Source of the DNA: Methanocaldococcus jannaschii DSM 2661
Lineage (GTDB): Archaea > AGJL01 > Methanococci > Methanococcales > Methanocaldococcaceae
Assembly: GCF_000091665.1 (NCBI RefSeq)
Contig: NC_000909.1
Span: 291,996 to 323,995, forward strand
DNA: 32,000 nucleotides
Direction of reading: 5' to 3'
Position 1 is the first letter of the stretch, and each line of letters starts with the position of its first letter. The position numbers and the translations under genes are program-made. Below are positions 19,301 through 27,621 of this stretch, one piece after another. Below the pieces are notes generated by a model. It made no database searches and was not told the DNA's origin. It was given only the letters and a program-made list of their open reading frames with translations.

Positions 19301-20089
19301 ATGATGGCACTTAATGAGTATGATGCTCAAATTGTAGAGCAGGCAATGAAACCAATACTTGATTCAAACTTATTTTCAAGGAAAATTTTCCAAAAAAAGA
19401 AAATTCCTGAAGATGTGGAGGTTTATAATTTAGTTCAAGTTGTGTTTGATGAAAATGCGTTTAAAAAGGGTTCAATGGAATTGACAGAAGTTCCAATTAA
19501 GACAACAACCTCACCATTCACAGTATTTGACATTAATCTGAAAGTTACAAAAGCGAGGAGGTTTGTTGAAGGACCTAATGCTGACTATAATAAAGCACAA
19601 ATTTTTGAAGGTCTCGCAAAGGTTGTGGCAAGGGCTGAAAATCAATACTCAATTGATGCATTGAGTAAAAACAATACAGCAGTGGGTGCATCAGCATCAT
19701 GGAATGGTGCAGATACCACTCCAGATAAAATAGCAAATGACATCATAGATGCAAAAACAAAGATTGAGCAGTATTCAAATGCAAAATGTGCGTTAGTAGC
19801 TCCAGTTGATGCAATTGCATGTTTTAGGAAAATAGGAACTCAAGGTTTTAGTGCTTATGATGAAACAAAGGATTTCATTAAGGAAATCATCCCAACAAAC
19901 TTAATCACTGATAAATCTGCATATTTAGTCCCAATTGATATTGCAATTCTTCAAATGGGAGTAGCTGTGGAGGCAGACCAATTTATTGAAAAGAAAGCGA
20001 CTCAGGTTGAGTTTATATTTACAGAGGCAATAAGCCCTATGGTTAAGGAAAAGAATGGAATTATTAAGATTCAAAAAGTATTGGGATAA
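19301..20089 (+). CDS. HK97-fold major capsid protein
   Basis: 262 aa; position after protease/decoration gene; sequence pattern [29 protein letters not shown]...[13 protein letters not shown]...[41 protein letters not shown]; strong AGGTGAG RBS. Confidence 0.78.
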
Positions 20090-20101
20090 TGCGTGATTTT
20101 T

Positions 20102-20407
20102 ATGGTTGATGTTTCGGAAATTTTAGCGAAGATGAAGCCCCTCTTAGGAATGAGTGCTGATGAAGAATTTGCCAATCCTGAACAAGCAGAGGCATCTGCA
20201 AACTTAGCAATAAAAACATCCCAGGTTGAAGACGTTGATATTATTGCCATATTGGCTTGCTATTACTACACTGAATCAAGGGATATGAAAACTGACGAAA
20301 ACGTTTCAGTTATGGCTAATCACTTTTATAGAATGTATCAAATTGCTATTGAGGAAGCAAAACAGAAGGAATTAAATGAAGAAGAGGGGGCGGTGTTCTT
20401 TGACTAA
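20102..20407 (+). CDS. Putative head-tail adaptor (helical connector)
   Basis: ~101 aa helical protein immediately after MCP; listed ORF starts at 20093. Confidence 0.5.
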
Positions 20408-20699
20408 CTATGCTAATGCAAAGGCGTTAGTTGAAAAAATACTTGAAGATTTAAAAAACAATGGCATCAAAGTTAAATCTCCTTTATCCAAAATTCAGGA
20501 CTTCCATTGTGAGGCGGATTTCTCAGTAGAGATTGAAAATAGAGTTGCTTATGTAGATGCAACATTTACTTTTGATAAATTACCAAATGAGGATTTAGTA
20601 GAGAAAATTGAAGCAGTTATGACGACATATAACTCTTATTTGGAAAGAATTGACTTTGAAAGCGATTATACTAAGTTAGAGTTTAGGAGCGTGAGATAA
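20400..20699 (+). CDS. Putative head-tail joining / tail terminator protein
   Basis: ~100 aa; TTG start at 20400 overlapping the previous TAA, preceded by GGTG; ends overlapping the tail tube start (ATAATGG). Confidence 0.5.
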
Positions 20700-21403
20700 T
20701 GGTGCTATCACTTACTCCACCAAGCCAAGAAAATATTTTGGCAAGTGGAAAGTTGGCATATTTTGGTGCAAAATCACAGGTTGATACTTTTACAGGAGAT
20801 GAGCAAAATGATACGTTTGAATTAACAAAAGATGATGCGGTTCTCGGTTCGGAGATTGTTAAAGTAAATGGTGTTTTGCAGTTCGAAGGGCAAGATTATA
20901 CAGCAATCCATGAAAATGGAATTTTGAAGAAAATTAAATTCACACAGCCACCAGCAAATGGTGCATCAATTACAGTTGAATATCTCTATTTGGACTTACC
21001 TCTCGGAGGAGCTTCAGAATTATCCGTAAAAGAGGATAAGGATAAAGAAGAGCTGACTGTGGATTGCAGTTATGGGAAGATTCAAATCGAAAAGGGTTCA
21101 AGCATAACATTATCATTCAAAGATATCATCACCGTTGGAGACATTAAGCTTACTGCTTATTTCTCAGGGGAGATTCTTGAAGGCAACACATACTCAAAAT
21201 ACAAAAATGGAGCTTCAAAAAGTGCAAACATTGTTGTTCTTGCATTTTCTAAAGAAGCTACGATGGCTTATGGAGTTGAACCTCCAAAGAGGATTGTTAT
21301 AATAAGGGGAGCGATGCCTAACAATCTGGAGTTTGACTGGAGTGGTGGGAGTAAGTCATTTGATTTGACGGCCCAAAGTTATGAGATTATCGACGTTAAA
21401 TAA
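20699..21403 (+). CDS. Putative major tail (tube) protein
   Basis: 234-aa beta-rich protein located between joining proteins and the chaperone/tape-measure genes. Confidence 0.6.
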   Translation: MVLSLTPPSQENILASGKLAYFGAKSQVDTFTGDEQNDTFELTKDDAVLGSEIVKVNGVLQFEGQDYTAIHENGILKKIKFTQPPANGASITVEYLYLDLPLGGASELSVKEDKDKEELTVDCSYGKIQIEKGSSITLSFKDIITVGDIKLTAYFSGEILEGNTYSKYKNGASKSANIVVLAFSKEATMAYGVEPPKRIVIIRGAMPNNLEFDWSGGSKSFDLTAQSYEIIDVK

Positions 21404-21412
21404 GGTGATTAA

Positions 21413-21775
21413 ATGGATAAAAATGAATTTTTAAAAAAATTAGATGAGAAGTTTAAGGAATCAGAACAAAAGAATCTTGAAGCATTAGAAAAAATAAGGT
21501 CTAATCTCCCTCAATTAGAAATTGAGATATTTGGAGAGAAACTCACAGCTATAATTCCACCATTATCAGTTGAAAAAGAAATGATTGAAGATGCAAAGAA
21601 CCTGGAGCCTTTAGATTTTGCATTAAAATACATTCCAATTTTATATGGTATTCCAAAAGAGAAAGTTGAGGAATTACCTTCGATTGTTATTGCAGAACTC
21701 ATCAAAAAGTACTTTGAAGCTTATAAGCAGTTAAACAAGGATAAATCCTTTCGCAATAGAGTGGGCACTAAGTGA
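21413..21775 (+). CDS. Tail assembly chaperone, G-like (unshifted product)
   Basis: 120 aa; MDKNEFLKKLDEKFKESEQKNLEALEKI...YKQLNKDKSFRNRVGTK; located between tail tube and tape measure. Confidence 0.7.
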   Translation: MDKNEFLKKLDEKFKESEQKNLEALEKIRSNLPQLEIEIFGEKLTAIIPPLSVEKEMIEDAKNLEPLDFALKYIPILYGIPKEKVEELPSIVIAELIKKYFEAYKQLNKDKSFRNRVGTK

Positions 21776-21923
21776 TGATGCAACAGAGCTTTATTTTGTT
21801 TGTAAATTTTTAAGAATCCCCCCGAGTGAAGCGATAAAGCTAAATAAGATGGATTACAATATAATATTAGGATTTGCAATTAGAGAAATGAAAGATAAGT
21901 TAAAATATGGGGGGATTCTATGA
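21413..21923 (+). CDS. Tail assembly chaperone, GT-like fusion through predicted +1 ribosomal frameshift at 21749-21752
   Basis: The +1 frame is open 21735-21920 (TGA 21921-21923), has no usable ATG/GTG/TTG in its first half, and encodes ...FAIEWALSDDATELYFVCKFLRIPPSEAIKLNKMDYNIILGFAIREMKDKLKYGGIL; its stop overlaps the next ATG (ATGA). Confidence 0.7.
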
Positions 21924-22291
21924 GATGGCTCACACCATTCGGTATGTTGTTCATAAGTGGAACATACTATGGACTAATATTTTTTGGTTTAATTATGGAG
22001 GTTATTCATAATGCATTGATTAGCTTAGTCTTAGCATTTTTTGTAGTATTCGCATGGGATTTGGTTTTATCCCTAATATATGGTTTAAGATTTGTTAAAG
22101 AGGGGGATTATATAGCTTTGGACTGGGATGGTCAGTTCCCTGACTGCTATGGATTGTTTGCAAGCACGTGCCTTTCAGCAGTGATTTGGACATATACAGA
22201 TTCATTGTTGTTAGGTTTAATTGTCCCAGTCATCATTGTATTCTTAGGAAAGCAATTAATGCGTGGATTGTATGAAAAAATTAAAAGTTGA
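21920..22291 (+). CDS. Multi-pass membrane protein between tail chaperone and tape measure
   Basis: 123 aa with ~4 hydrophobic segments; ATGA overlap with the GT frame and GGGGGG upstream. Confidence 0.65.
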   Translation: MRWLTPFGMLFISGTYYGLIFFGLIMEVIHNALISLVLAFFVVFAWDLVLSLIYGLRFVKEGDYIALDWDGQFPDCYGLFASTCLSAVIWTYTDSLLLGLIVPVIIVFLGKQLMRGLYEKIKS

Positions 22292-24812
22292 AGGAACGTT
22301 AGAATTGAACTTGGATGATAAGGATGTAAGGAAAAATCTAAAATCATTAGAAAAAATAAAATCAAAATTAGAGATAGAGAGCAATATCAACGCAGTAATT
22401 AAGCAGTTGGATGAGTTAAAAAATGTCAAATCAGAAGTTGAATTTAAGAGCAATATAAATATGATAATTAGAGAGTTGGAAGAGATAGAGGCAGATGCCT
22501 CAAAAATGAACATAAACTTTGATTATGACTTATCAAAACTAAAAAGTGAATTGGAACAATTGAAAAACACAAAAATAGATATTAAAACAAATACAGACCA
22601 GATATTAAAACAAATCAATAAAATAAAAAGTGAATTATCCGAAAAACAAACAATTAGGGCAAAGGTTGAAGTGGATAGGACAGAATGGGATAAACTAAAG
22701 AAGGAATGGTCTGAAAAATATCACATAAACGCAATTGCAGATGTGGCAAGTGTAGGGACTGCATACATGGGGATTTCCGACGCTGAAAAATACAACGAAC
22801 TAATGACAATTTTAAGAGAAAGGGGCTTAACTAAAGACCAAGCAGAGAGATTAATACAAATCGGCTTATATAACGGCTATTCTTTAGATGAAATTAGAGA
22901 CGGGATTGTATATTCCAATGAGGCGGTTTTAAAGTTGGCAGCATCAAACGATAAATATGCAGCTCAAATATTAGCAGCAATGGCAATGGCTGAAAGAGGA
23001 GGAGAACCTGGAGCTGATGATATAGCAAGGATGATTTCAGCACTAACAGCAATGGGAAAATCAAATGAAGAAATAATGAAAATGGTGAATGCTGAAGTTT
23101 TAGAAATGAAGCAAGGGCATACAGAAGTTGCAGAAGCAATTAGGGAATTCAGCATAACTATGGGAGATACCTTAGACCCTGAGAAATTTGCATCTATATT
23201 AATTCAAGCACAGGCAGCTGGAGCTCAAGATGTTGGACAGTTGGCAGAGGCAATAAATGATTTGGCATTAAACTCAAGACAGATGGGATTTGATGTTGAA
23301 AAAGCATTGAGGGAAATTCAAAAAACAAAAGATGATAAAACATTAGCTGAGTTAGCAAAAAAGTATGGCTTAACTTATGAACAAATAGTTAAAATTCATG
23401 ATTATTTACAGAGAGTGGATTTAGATAAGGGCTTGCCAGACAATACCAACGAATTGGATAGGTTAATAAGCATAAATAAAGACCAAAAGGGTATTTTAGA
23501 AACAATTAAGCAGGATATTGAGGGCTGGTTAGCAGGTCATGGATATTTGCAATATGGGGCAGAGCTTGGAGTAGGTCTTGGAGGTCTTGGAAAAATACTT
23601 GAAATAGCAATTGGTGCAGCAATTGGTTCTGCATTAAAAGATGCTTTTGGTGAAATTAAATCCACATTATTTGGTAAAATTAGTTTGGATAATTTAAAAC
23701 TTCCAGAACTCTCAAAAATCAAATTACCTGTTGATTTAGAAATCCCAAAAATTCCAAAAATTAGCATGCCTAAAATTAAACTTCCAGTTGATTTAAAACT
23801 TCCAAAAATCCCAAAAATCAACATACCAAAAATTAACCTACCAAACGTCTCTGGATTATCTAATGCATTTAAGGGCTTAGGTGAAGCTGTTAGGTTTGCC
23901 GGAAGAGCTTTCGGATTTTTGTCAGTTGTTGTAGAGCCAGTAAAACAACTATTGGAAGGAGATATACAAGGAGCTATAGAGCATTTAAAAGTTGGGCTTA
24001 TTGAATTAGCGGCTTGGCCTGTTGCATTGGGTGAAGCATTAGCAGCTGTTACATTAGCAGTTGGTGATTTCTTAGGATTGTTTGATTTAGATGGGGACTC
24101 ACCATTATCCGCTGCAAGAGCTGGAATTCTAACACTCTTGGCAGCATTTGAATCAATATATAGTTTTATTACTGGTGATTGGAGCGTTGTTCAAAATACA
24201 TTACAAGAGGCATTTGAAGAGTTAGGGATGAAAGAAGATGAAGCCAGACAAGCAGCTGAAAACTTAGCTCAGCAATGGCAACAATTACCTCAGCAAATAT
24301 TAGATGCATTTAATGGTTTTGTTGATAACATTAAACAAACATTTGATGAATGGTGGAATGGATTGAATGAATGGTGGTCTCAAAAAATAGAAGAAGCTAA
24401 GAACTGGGGTAGTGATTTGATTCAAAATATAATTGATGGAATAAAAGAGAAATTTTCAGAGTTGGAGAATGCTGTAAGTCAAGCTGCGGGTATTATCTCC
24501 AGTTACTTACATCACACCACTCCAGATGTAGGGCCATTAAAAGACGACGATAAATGGGGAATCCATTTTATGGAAAACATTATTGGTGGAATTAGAAAAG
24601 AAATTCCTAACTTAAAGAAAACTATTGATTATACTGCTAAACTGATGAGCTCCGCGAATCCTAAAAATTGGAAAATTCAACAAGTAGGAATAACACACAG
24701 CACATCTTACTCTTATGGAGATATACACATAAATGTAGTTGGAAATAGCTTTAATGAGCATCAATTAGCTCAAAAAATTGCTTTGATTTTGAAAAAACAA
24801 AGGTTTAGATGA
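22272..24812 (+). CDS. Tail tape measure protein
   Basis: ~846 aa, long helical/coiled-coil, central hydrophobic segments, C-terminal LHHTTPDVGPLKDDDKWGIHFMENIIGGIRKEIPNLKKTI typical of tape measure C-termini; listed ORF start GTG 22263. Confidence 0.88.
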   Translation: MKKLKVEGTLELNLDDKDVRKNLKSLEKIKSKLEIESNINAVIKQLDELKNVKSEVEFKSNINMIIRELEEIEADASKMNINFDYDLSKLKSELEQLKNTKIDIKTNTDQILKQINKIKSELSEKQTIRAKVEVDRTEWDKLKKEWSEKYHINAIADVASVGTAYMGISDAEKYNELMTILRERGLTKDQAERLIQIGLYNGYSLDEIRDGIVYSNEAVLKLAASNDKYAAQILAAMAMAERGGEPGADDIARMISALTAMGKSNEEIMKMVNAEVLEMKQGHTEVAEAIREFSITMGDTLDPEKFASILIQAQAAGAQDVGQLAEAINDLALNSRQMGFDVEKALREIQKTKDDKTLAELAKKYGLTYEQIVKIHDYLQRVDLDKGLPDNTNELDRLISINKDQKGILETIKQDIEGWLAGHGYLQYGAELGVGLGGLGKILEIAIGAAIGSALKDAFGEIKSTLFGKISLDNLKLPELSKIKLPVDLEIPKIPKISMPKIKLPVDLKLPKIPKINIPKINLPNVSGLSNAFKGLGEAVRFAGRAFGFLSVVVEPVKQLLEGDIQGAIEHLKVGLIELAAWPVALGEALAAVTLAVGDFLGLFDLDGDSPLSAARAGILTLLAAFESIYSFITGDWSVVQNTLQEAFEELGMKEDEARQAAENLAQQWQQLPQQILDAFNGFVDNIKQTFDEWWNGLNEWWSQKIEEAKNWGSDLIQNIIDGIKEKFSELENAVSQAAGIISSYLHHTTPDVGPLKDDDKWGIHFMENIIGGIRKEIPNLKKTIDYTAKLMSSANPKNWKIQQVGITHSTSYSYGDIHINVVGNSFNEHQLAQKIALILKKQRFR

Positions 24813-24833
24813 GGTGATATTATGGCCGTACTT

Positions 24834-25364
24834 GCATCATCCACAGAACCAGAACCTACAGAGTCATTACTACAACAAACTAATGAATTATTAATTATTG
24901 GCAAAGGAGCTATAGTTTATAAAGAATTCACTACTGGGGTAGATGCGAGAATTATAGACTCTCAAACGATAGGAATAGGGATTCCATTTAATTATTATCC
25001 GTTTATGTGTATGGTATTAGATGATGCAGGTAATGGAATACCAATGCAAGAATTTACTTCAGCACCTGGCAGTTTAACTGTAAAAGTAGCAGCAACATTG
25101 GACTCTACAAAAACTTATAAAATAATTGCATTTTTGATTGGAGACTCAATGAAAATAATAACATCCATTCAAAGTCAATCTGGAACTGTCACTGAGATTG
25201 CTCCAGGATTTGGAATATTTAAAGTCATTTACAATGACACTGAGGGAACTGACACACTAACAATAAATTATGATGATGGAACCAGTGAAACAATAACAGT
25301 TGATAAAAGTAACTTATGGACTGTGTTACCAATGCAACTACCAGATGCAGAAAGGGTAGCATAG
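24834..25364 (+). CDS. Hypothetical tail-associated protein
   Basis: ORF listed 24822..25364 (180 aa), between tape measure and Dit-like gene; exact start uncertain. Confidence 0.6.
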   Translation, partial: ASSTEPEPTESLLQQTNELLIIGKGAIVYKEFTTGVDARIIDSQTIGIGIPFNYYPFMCMVLDDAGNGIPMQEFTSAPGSLTVKVAATLDSTKTYKIIAFLIGDSMKIITSIQSQSGTVTEIAPGFGIFKVIYNDTEGTDTLTINYDDGTSETITVDKSNLWTVLPMQLPDAERVA

Positions 25365-25375
25365 TGGTGATTGTT

Positions 25376-26269
25376 ATGCCTCCTCTAATCTCAAACAATA
25401 CTTTTTTTTTGATGAATACTACAAACGATGGCAATGGTGGCAGTGTTAGTTACGATTATCCACTTTTATCCAATCAAAACTCACTGATAACTAACACAAC
25501 GAACAATTTAACTTCAGACTCAACAAACACCGACATTTCTAATGAAACTCCAATACTGTCCAACAATACTCCAATTCTAATGAATACACCAACTAATCCA
25601 AATTCAGATTCTGATACTACAACTCCTACTGTTGTTTCACATACAGTTGAATTAATCACCGAAGAGAAAAAAGTCATCTCAAAAATAGTTTATTCAGATG
25701 GAACAGAAGATGTGAAAGAGTTGGATTTAACCGATTTCTACAATAGTGCTTACAATGAAGGATATTCTGCAGGTGTGAATTCAGTTGATTTTAGTAAAAC
25801 AGGTTACATAATTGAAAATGGAATTATCAAAGTAACAACTACACTAACTAATGGAAAATCACAAGAATATAACATTACTCTTGATGAAAACTTAGTTGTT
25901 AGTTTATATAACCAAATAATGGCTAATAAAAGTAGCTGTTTCCAAATTAGACAGAATGAAACAGAATACAGCTTTTTAGTTGAAAGTAGGCAATATCAAC
26001 CACAACCAAACTTAGCATATCAACCAGCCGTAGATGGAACGCCAGTTTATGAAGTGTTAGGACAGGAACAAAAAACTTGGAGTTTCACTCTTTATGTTGA
26101 TTCAATTCCAAAAATGCAATTCTTACAACAGTTAGCAAGTAATCCCCTGATAGAAGTTTATTTTGATGAGATTGGTGATTGGAAACAGGCTTTAATTCAG
26201 AGTATTTCCTTGTCAAGGATAACTACTGGACATTATTATGCTGATATTGAACTTATAATTTTAGAATAA
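25376..26269 (+). CDS. Distal tail (Dit)-like protein with N-terminal Asn/Thr/Ser repeat region
   Basis: C-terminal half: EYSFLVESRQYQPQPNLAYQPAVDGTPVYEVLGQEQKTWSFTLYVDSIPKMQFLQQLASNPLIEVYFDEIGDWKQALIQSISLSR. The listed ORF begins at 25316 but would overlap the upstream gene. Confidence 0.6.
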   Translation: MPPLISNNTFFLMNTTNDGNGGSVSYDYPLLSNQNSLITNTTNNLTSDSTNTDISNETPILSNNTPILMNTPTNPNSDSDTTTPTVVSHTVELITEEKKVISKIVYSDGTEDVKELDLTDFYNSAYNEGYSAGVNSVDFSKTGYIIENGIIKVTTTLTNGKSQEYNITLDENLVVSLYNQIMANKSSCFQIRQNETEYSFLVESRQYQPQPNLAYQPAVDGTPVYEVLGQEQKTWSFTLYVDSIPKMQFLQQLASNPLIEVYFDEIGDWKQALIQSISLSRITTGHYYADIELIILE

Positions 26270-26278
26270 GGTGATAAA

Positions 26279-26584
26279 ATGGAAGACATGATTACTCTTA
26301 CAGACGAAAGAAAGACAGTCAAATTTGAAAATCTTCCAGAAATTTATGTTAGAGTTCATGATGAAGCCAAAGGTTTAGTTTTAACTGTTAAGAATCCTTA
26401 CGATACGGATGTATATGCTAAAGTGTATTATGCTCCTGATGGAGAAAATTATGACACTGTAACTTCTGAAGTTGTTAAATACGATTACCAAGCACAAAAA
26501 ACAGAATTAATACCCATTAAGCACCCATATATGAAAATATCATTTGATTCTGCTGTTTCAGGGTGGGTGTCATATATAAAATAA
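26279..26584 (+). CDS. Hypothetical tail-module protein
   Basis: 101 aa, beta-rich, AAGGTGATAAAATGG start context. Confidence 0.6.
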   Translation: MEDMITLTDERKTVKFENLPEIYVRVHDEAKGLVLTVKNPYDTDVYAKVYYAPDGENYDTVTSEVVKYDYQAQKTELIPIKHPYMKISFDSAVSGWVSYIK

Positions 26585-26594
26585 AGGTGATACT

Positions 26595-27050
26595 ATGGGA
26601 TTTGACCCAGTAACTTTTGCAAAAATAAAGAAAATTTCAATAGATTCAAATGCAGATGGATACATCGACTACGCAAATCAGGCAGGAAATGCTGATAAGT
26701 TAGACGGAAAAGATGCATCAGATTTTTTATCAATTGATTCATTTAAAGATTTAAAAGAAGATAATGGATACATAAAATTTCCAACGGGGCTTATTATGCA
26801 GTGGGGGAAGGTTTATGTCAATAATACCACATCATATCAAGAAATTCCTGTAAATTTTACCATTGAATTCCCGAACAAATGTCTAAACGTATTTGCATCA
26901 ATATATGAGGGTTCTGGAGTTGATAATGACTATATCAAATGTATAACAAGAATTGCAAACATTACAACTAAAGGGTGTGTTGTTTGTATTACAGATATCA
27001 GTGGTGCAAGTGGAGATGTAGGATTTTTCTGGTTTGCAATAGGATATTAA
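26595..27050 (+). CDS. Small tail-fibre-like protein with C-terminal gp53-like domain
   Basis: NQAGNADKLDGKDASDFLSIDSFKDLKEDNGYIKFPTGLIMQWGKVYVNNTTSYQEIPVNFTIEFPN...; DKLDGKDASDF and GYIKFPTGLIMQWG resemble bacterial phage tail-fibre motifs. Confidence 0.7.
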   Translation: MGFDPVTFAKIKKISIDSNADGYIDYANQAGNADKLDGKDASDFLSIDSFKDLKEDNGYIKFPTGLIMQWGKVYVNNTTSYQEIPVNFTIEFPNKCLNVFASIYEGSGVDNDYIKCITRIANITTKGCVVCITDISGASGDVGFFWFAIGY

Positions 27051-27067
27051 AGTATATGGTGTAAAGT

Positions 27068-27619
27068 ATGAAAACAATTGTCATAGATAAATCAATGTCC
27101 GTAGATATAGAGTATTCAATTAATGCCATTGACCAGTGTAATATAACTTCATTGAAAGATTTACAAATCCAACCTTTTGACCAATGTATTATACTTTGGA
27201 ATGATAAAATAATTTTCAGAGGATATTGCATTGATGCAAGATTATCACAGAGTTTTGGACAGCAACAGTATGAATATACTATTAACAGCCCCCTCTGGAT
27301 TCTAAGCCAGCAAAAAACTACGGCAAAAACTACATTTTTACAGATTTTCTTAAAAGAGTGTTGCAATTTATGTAATTTGGAACTGGATTATCAATTAGAT
27401 TCAAATCCACTGATTTACATTGAAGAAAGTAGTTATTTTGATGCATTAAAAAAGTGCATACTTTATACAAAAAACTACAATACAAGATTTTACGTTGATT
27501 ATGAATACAATTCATTAATTTTTACAGATAAAATTTCAGGACAACATCCAAAAGAAGAGAAAGTTGTCGGTTATGAATTTGAATGGGATACTGAGATTAT
27601 AAACCAAGTAAGGTGGTAA
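27068..27619 (+). CDS. Tail hub/baseplate protein, N-terminal half
   Basis: 183 aa: IQPFDQCIILWNDKIIFRGYCIDARLSQSFGQQQYEYTINSPLWIL...TRFYVDYEYNSLIFTDK...WDTEIINQVRW; pattern of gp27/gpD-like hub N-terminal halves. Confidence 0.5.
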   Translation: MKTIVIDKSMSVDIEYSINAIDQCNITSLKDLQIQPFDQCIILWNDKIIFRGYCIDARLSQSFGQQQYEYTINSPLWILSQQKTTAKTTFLQIFLKECCNLCNLELDYQLDSNPLIYIEESSYFDALKKCILYTKNYNTRFYVDYEYNSLIFTDKISGQHPKEEKVVGYEFEWDTEIINQVRW

Positions 27620-27621
27620 TA

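Noticed and set aside
23537-23824. 95-aa minus ORF with GIFG repeats
   Set aside because: Repeat pattern is just the complement of the tape measure's PKI repeats.
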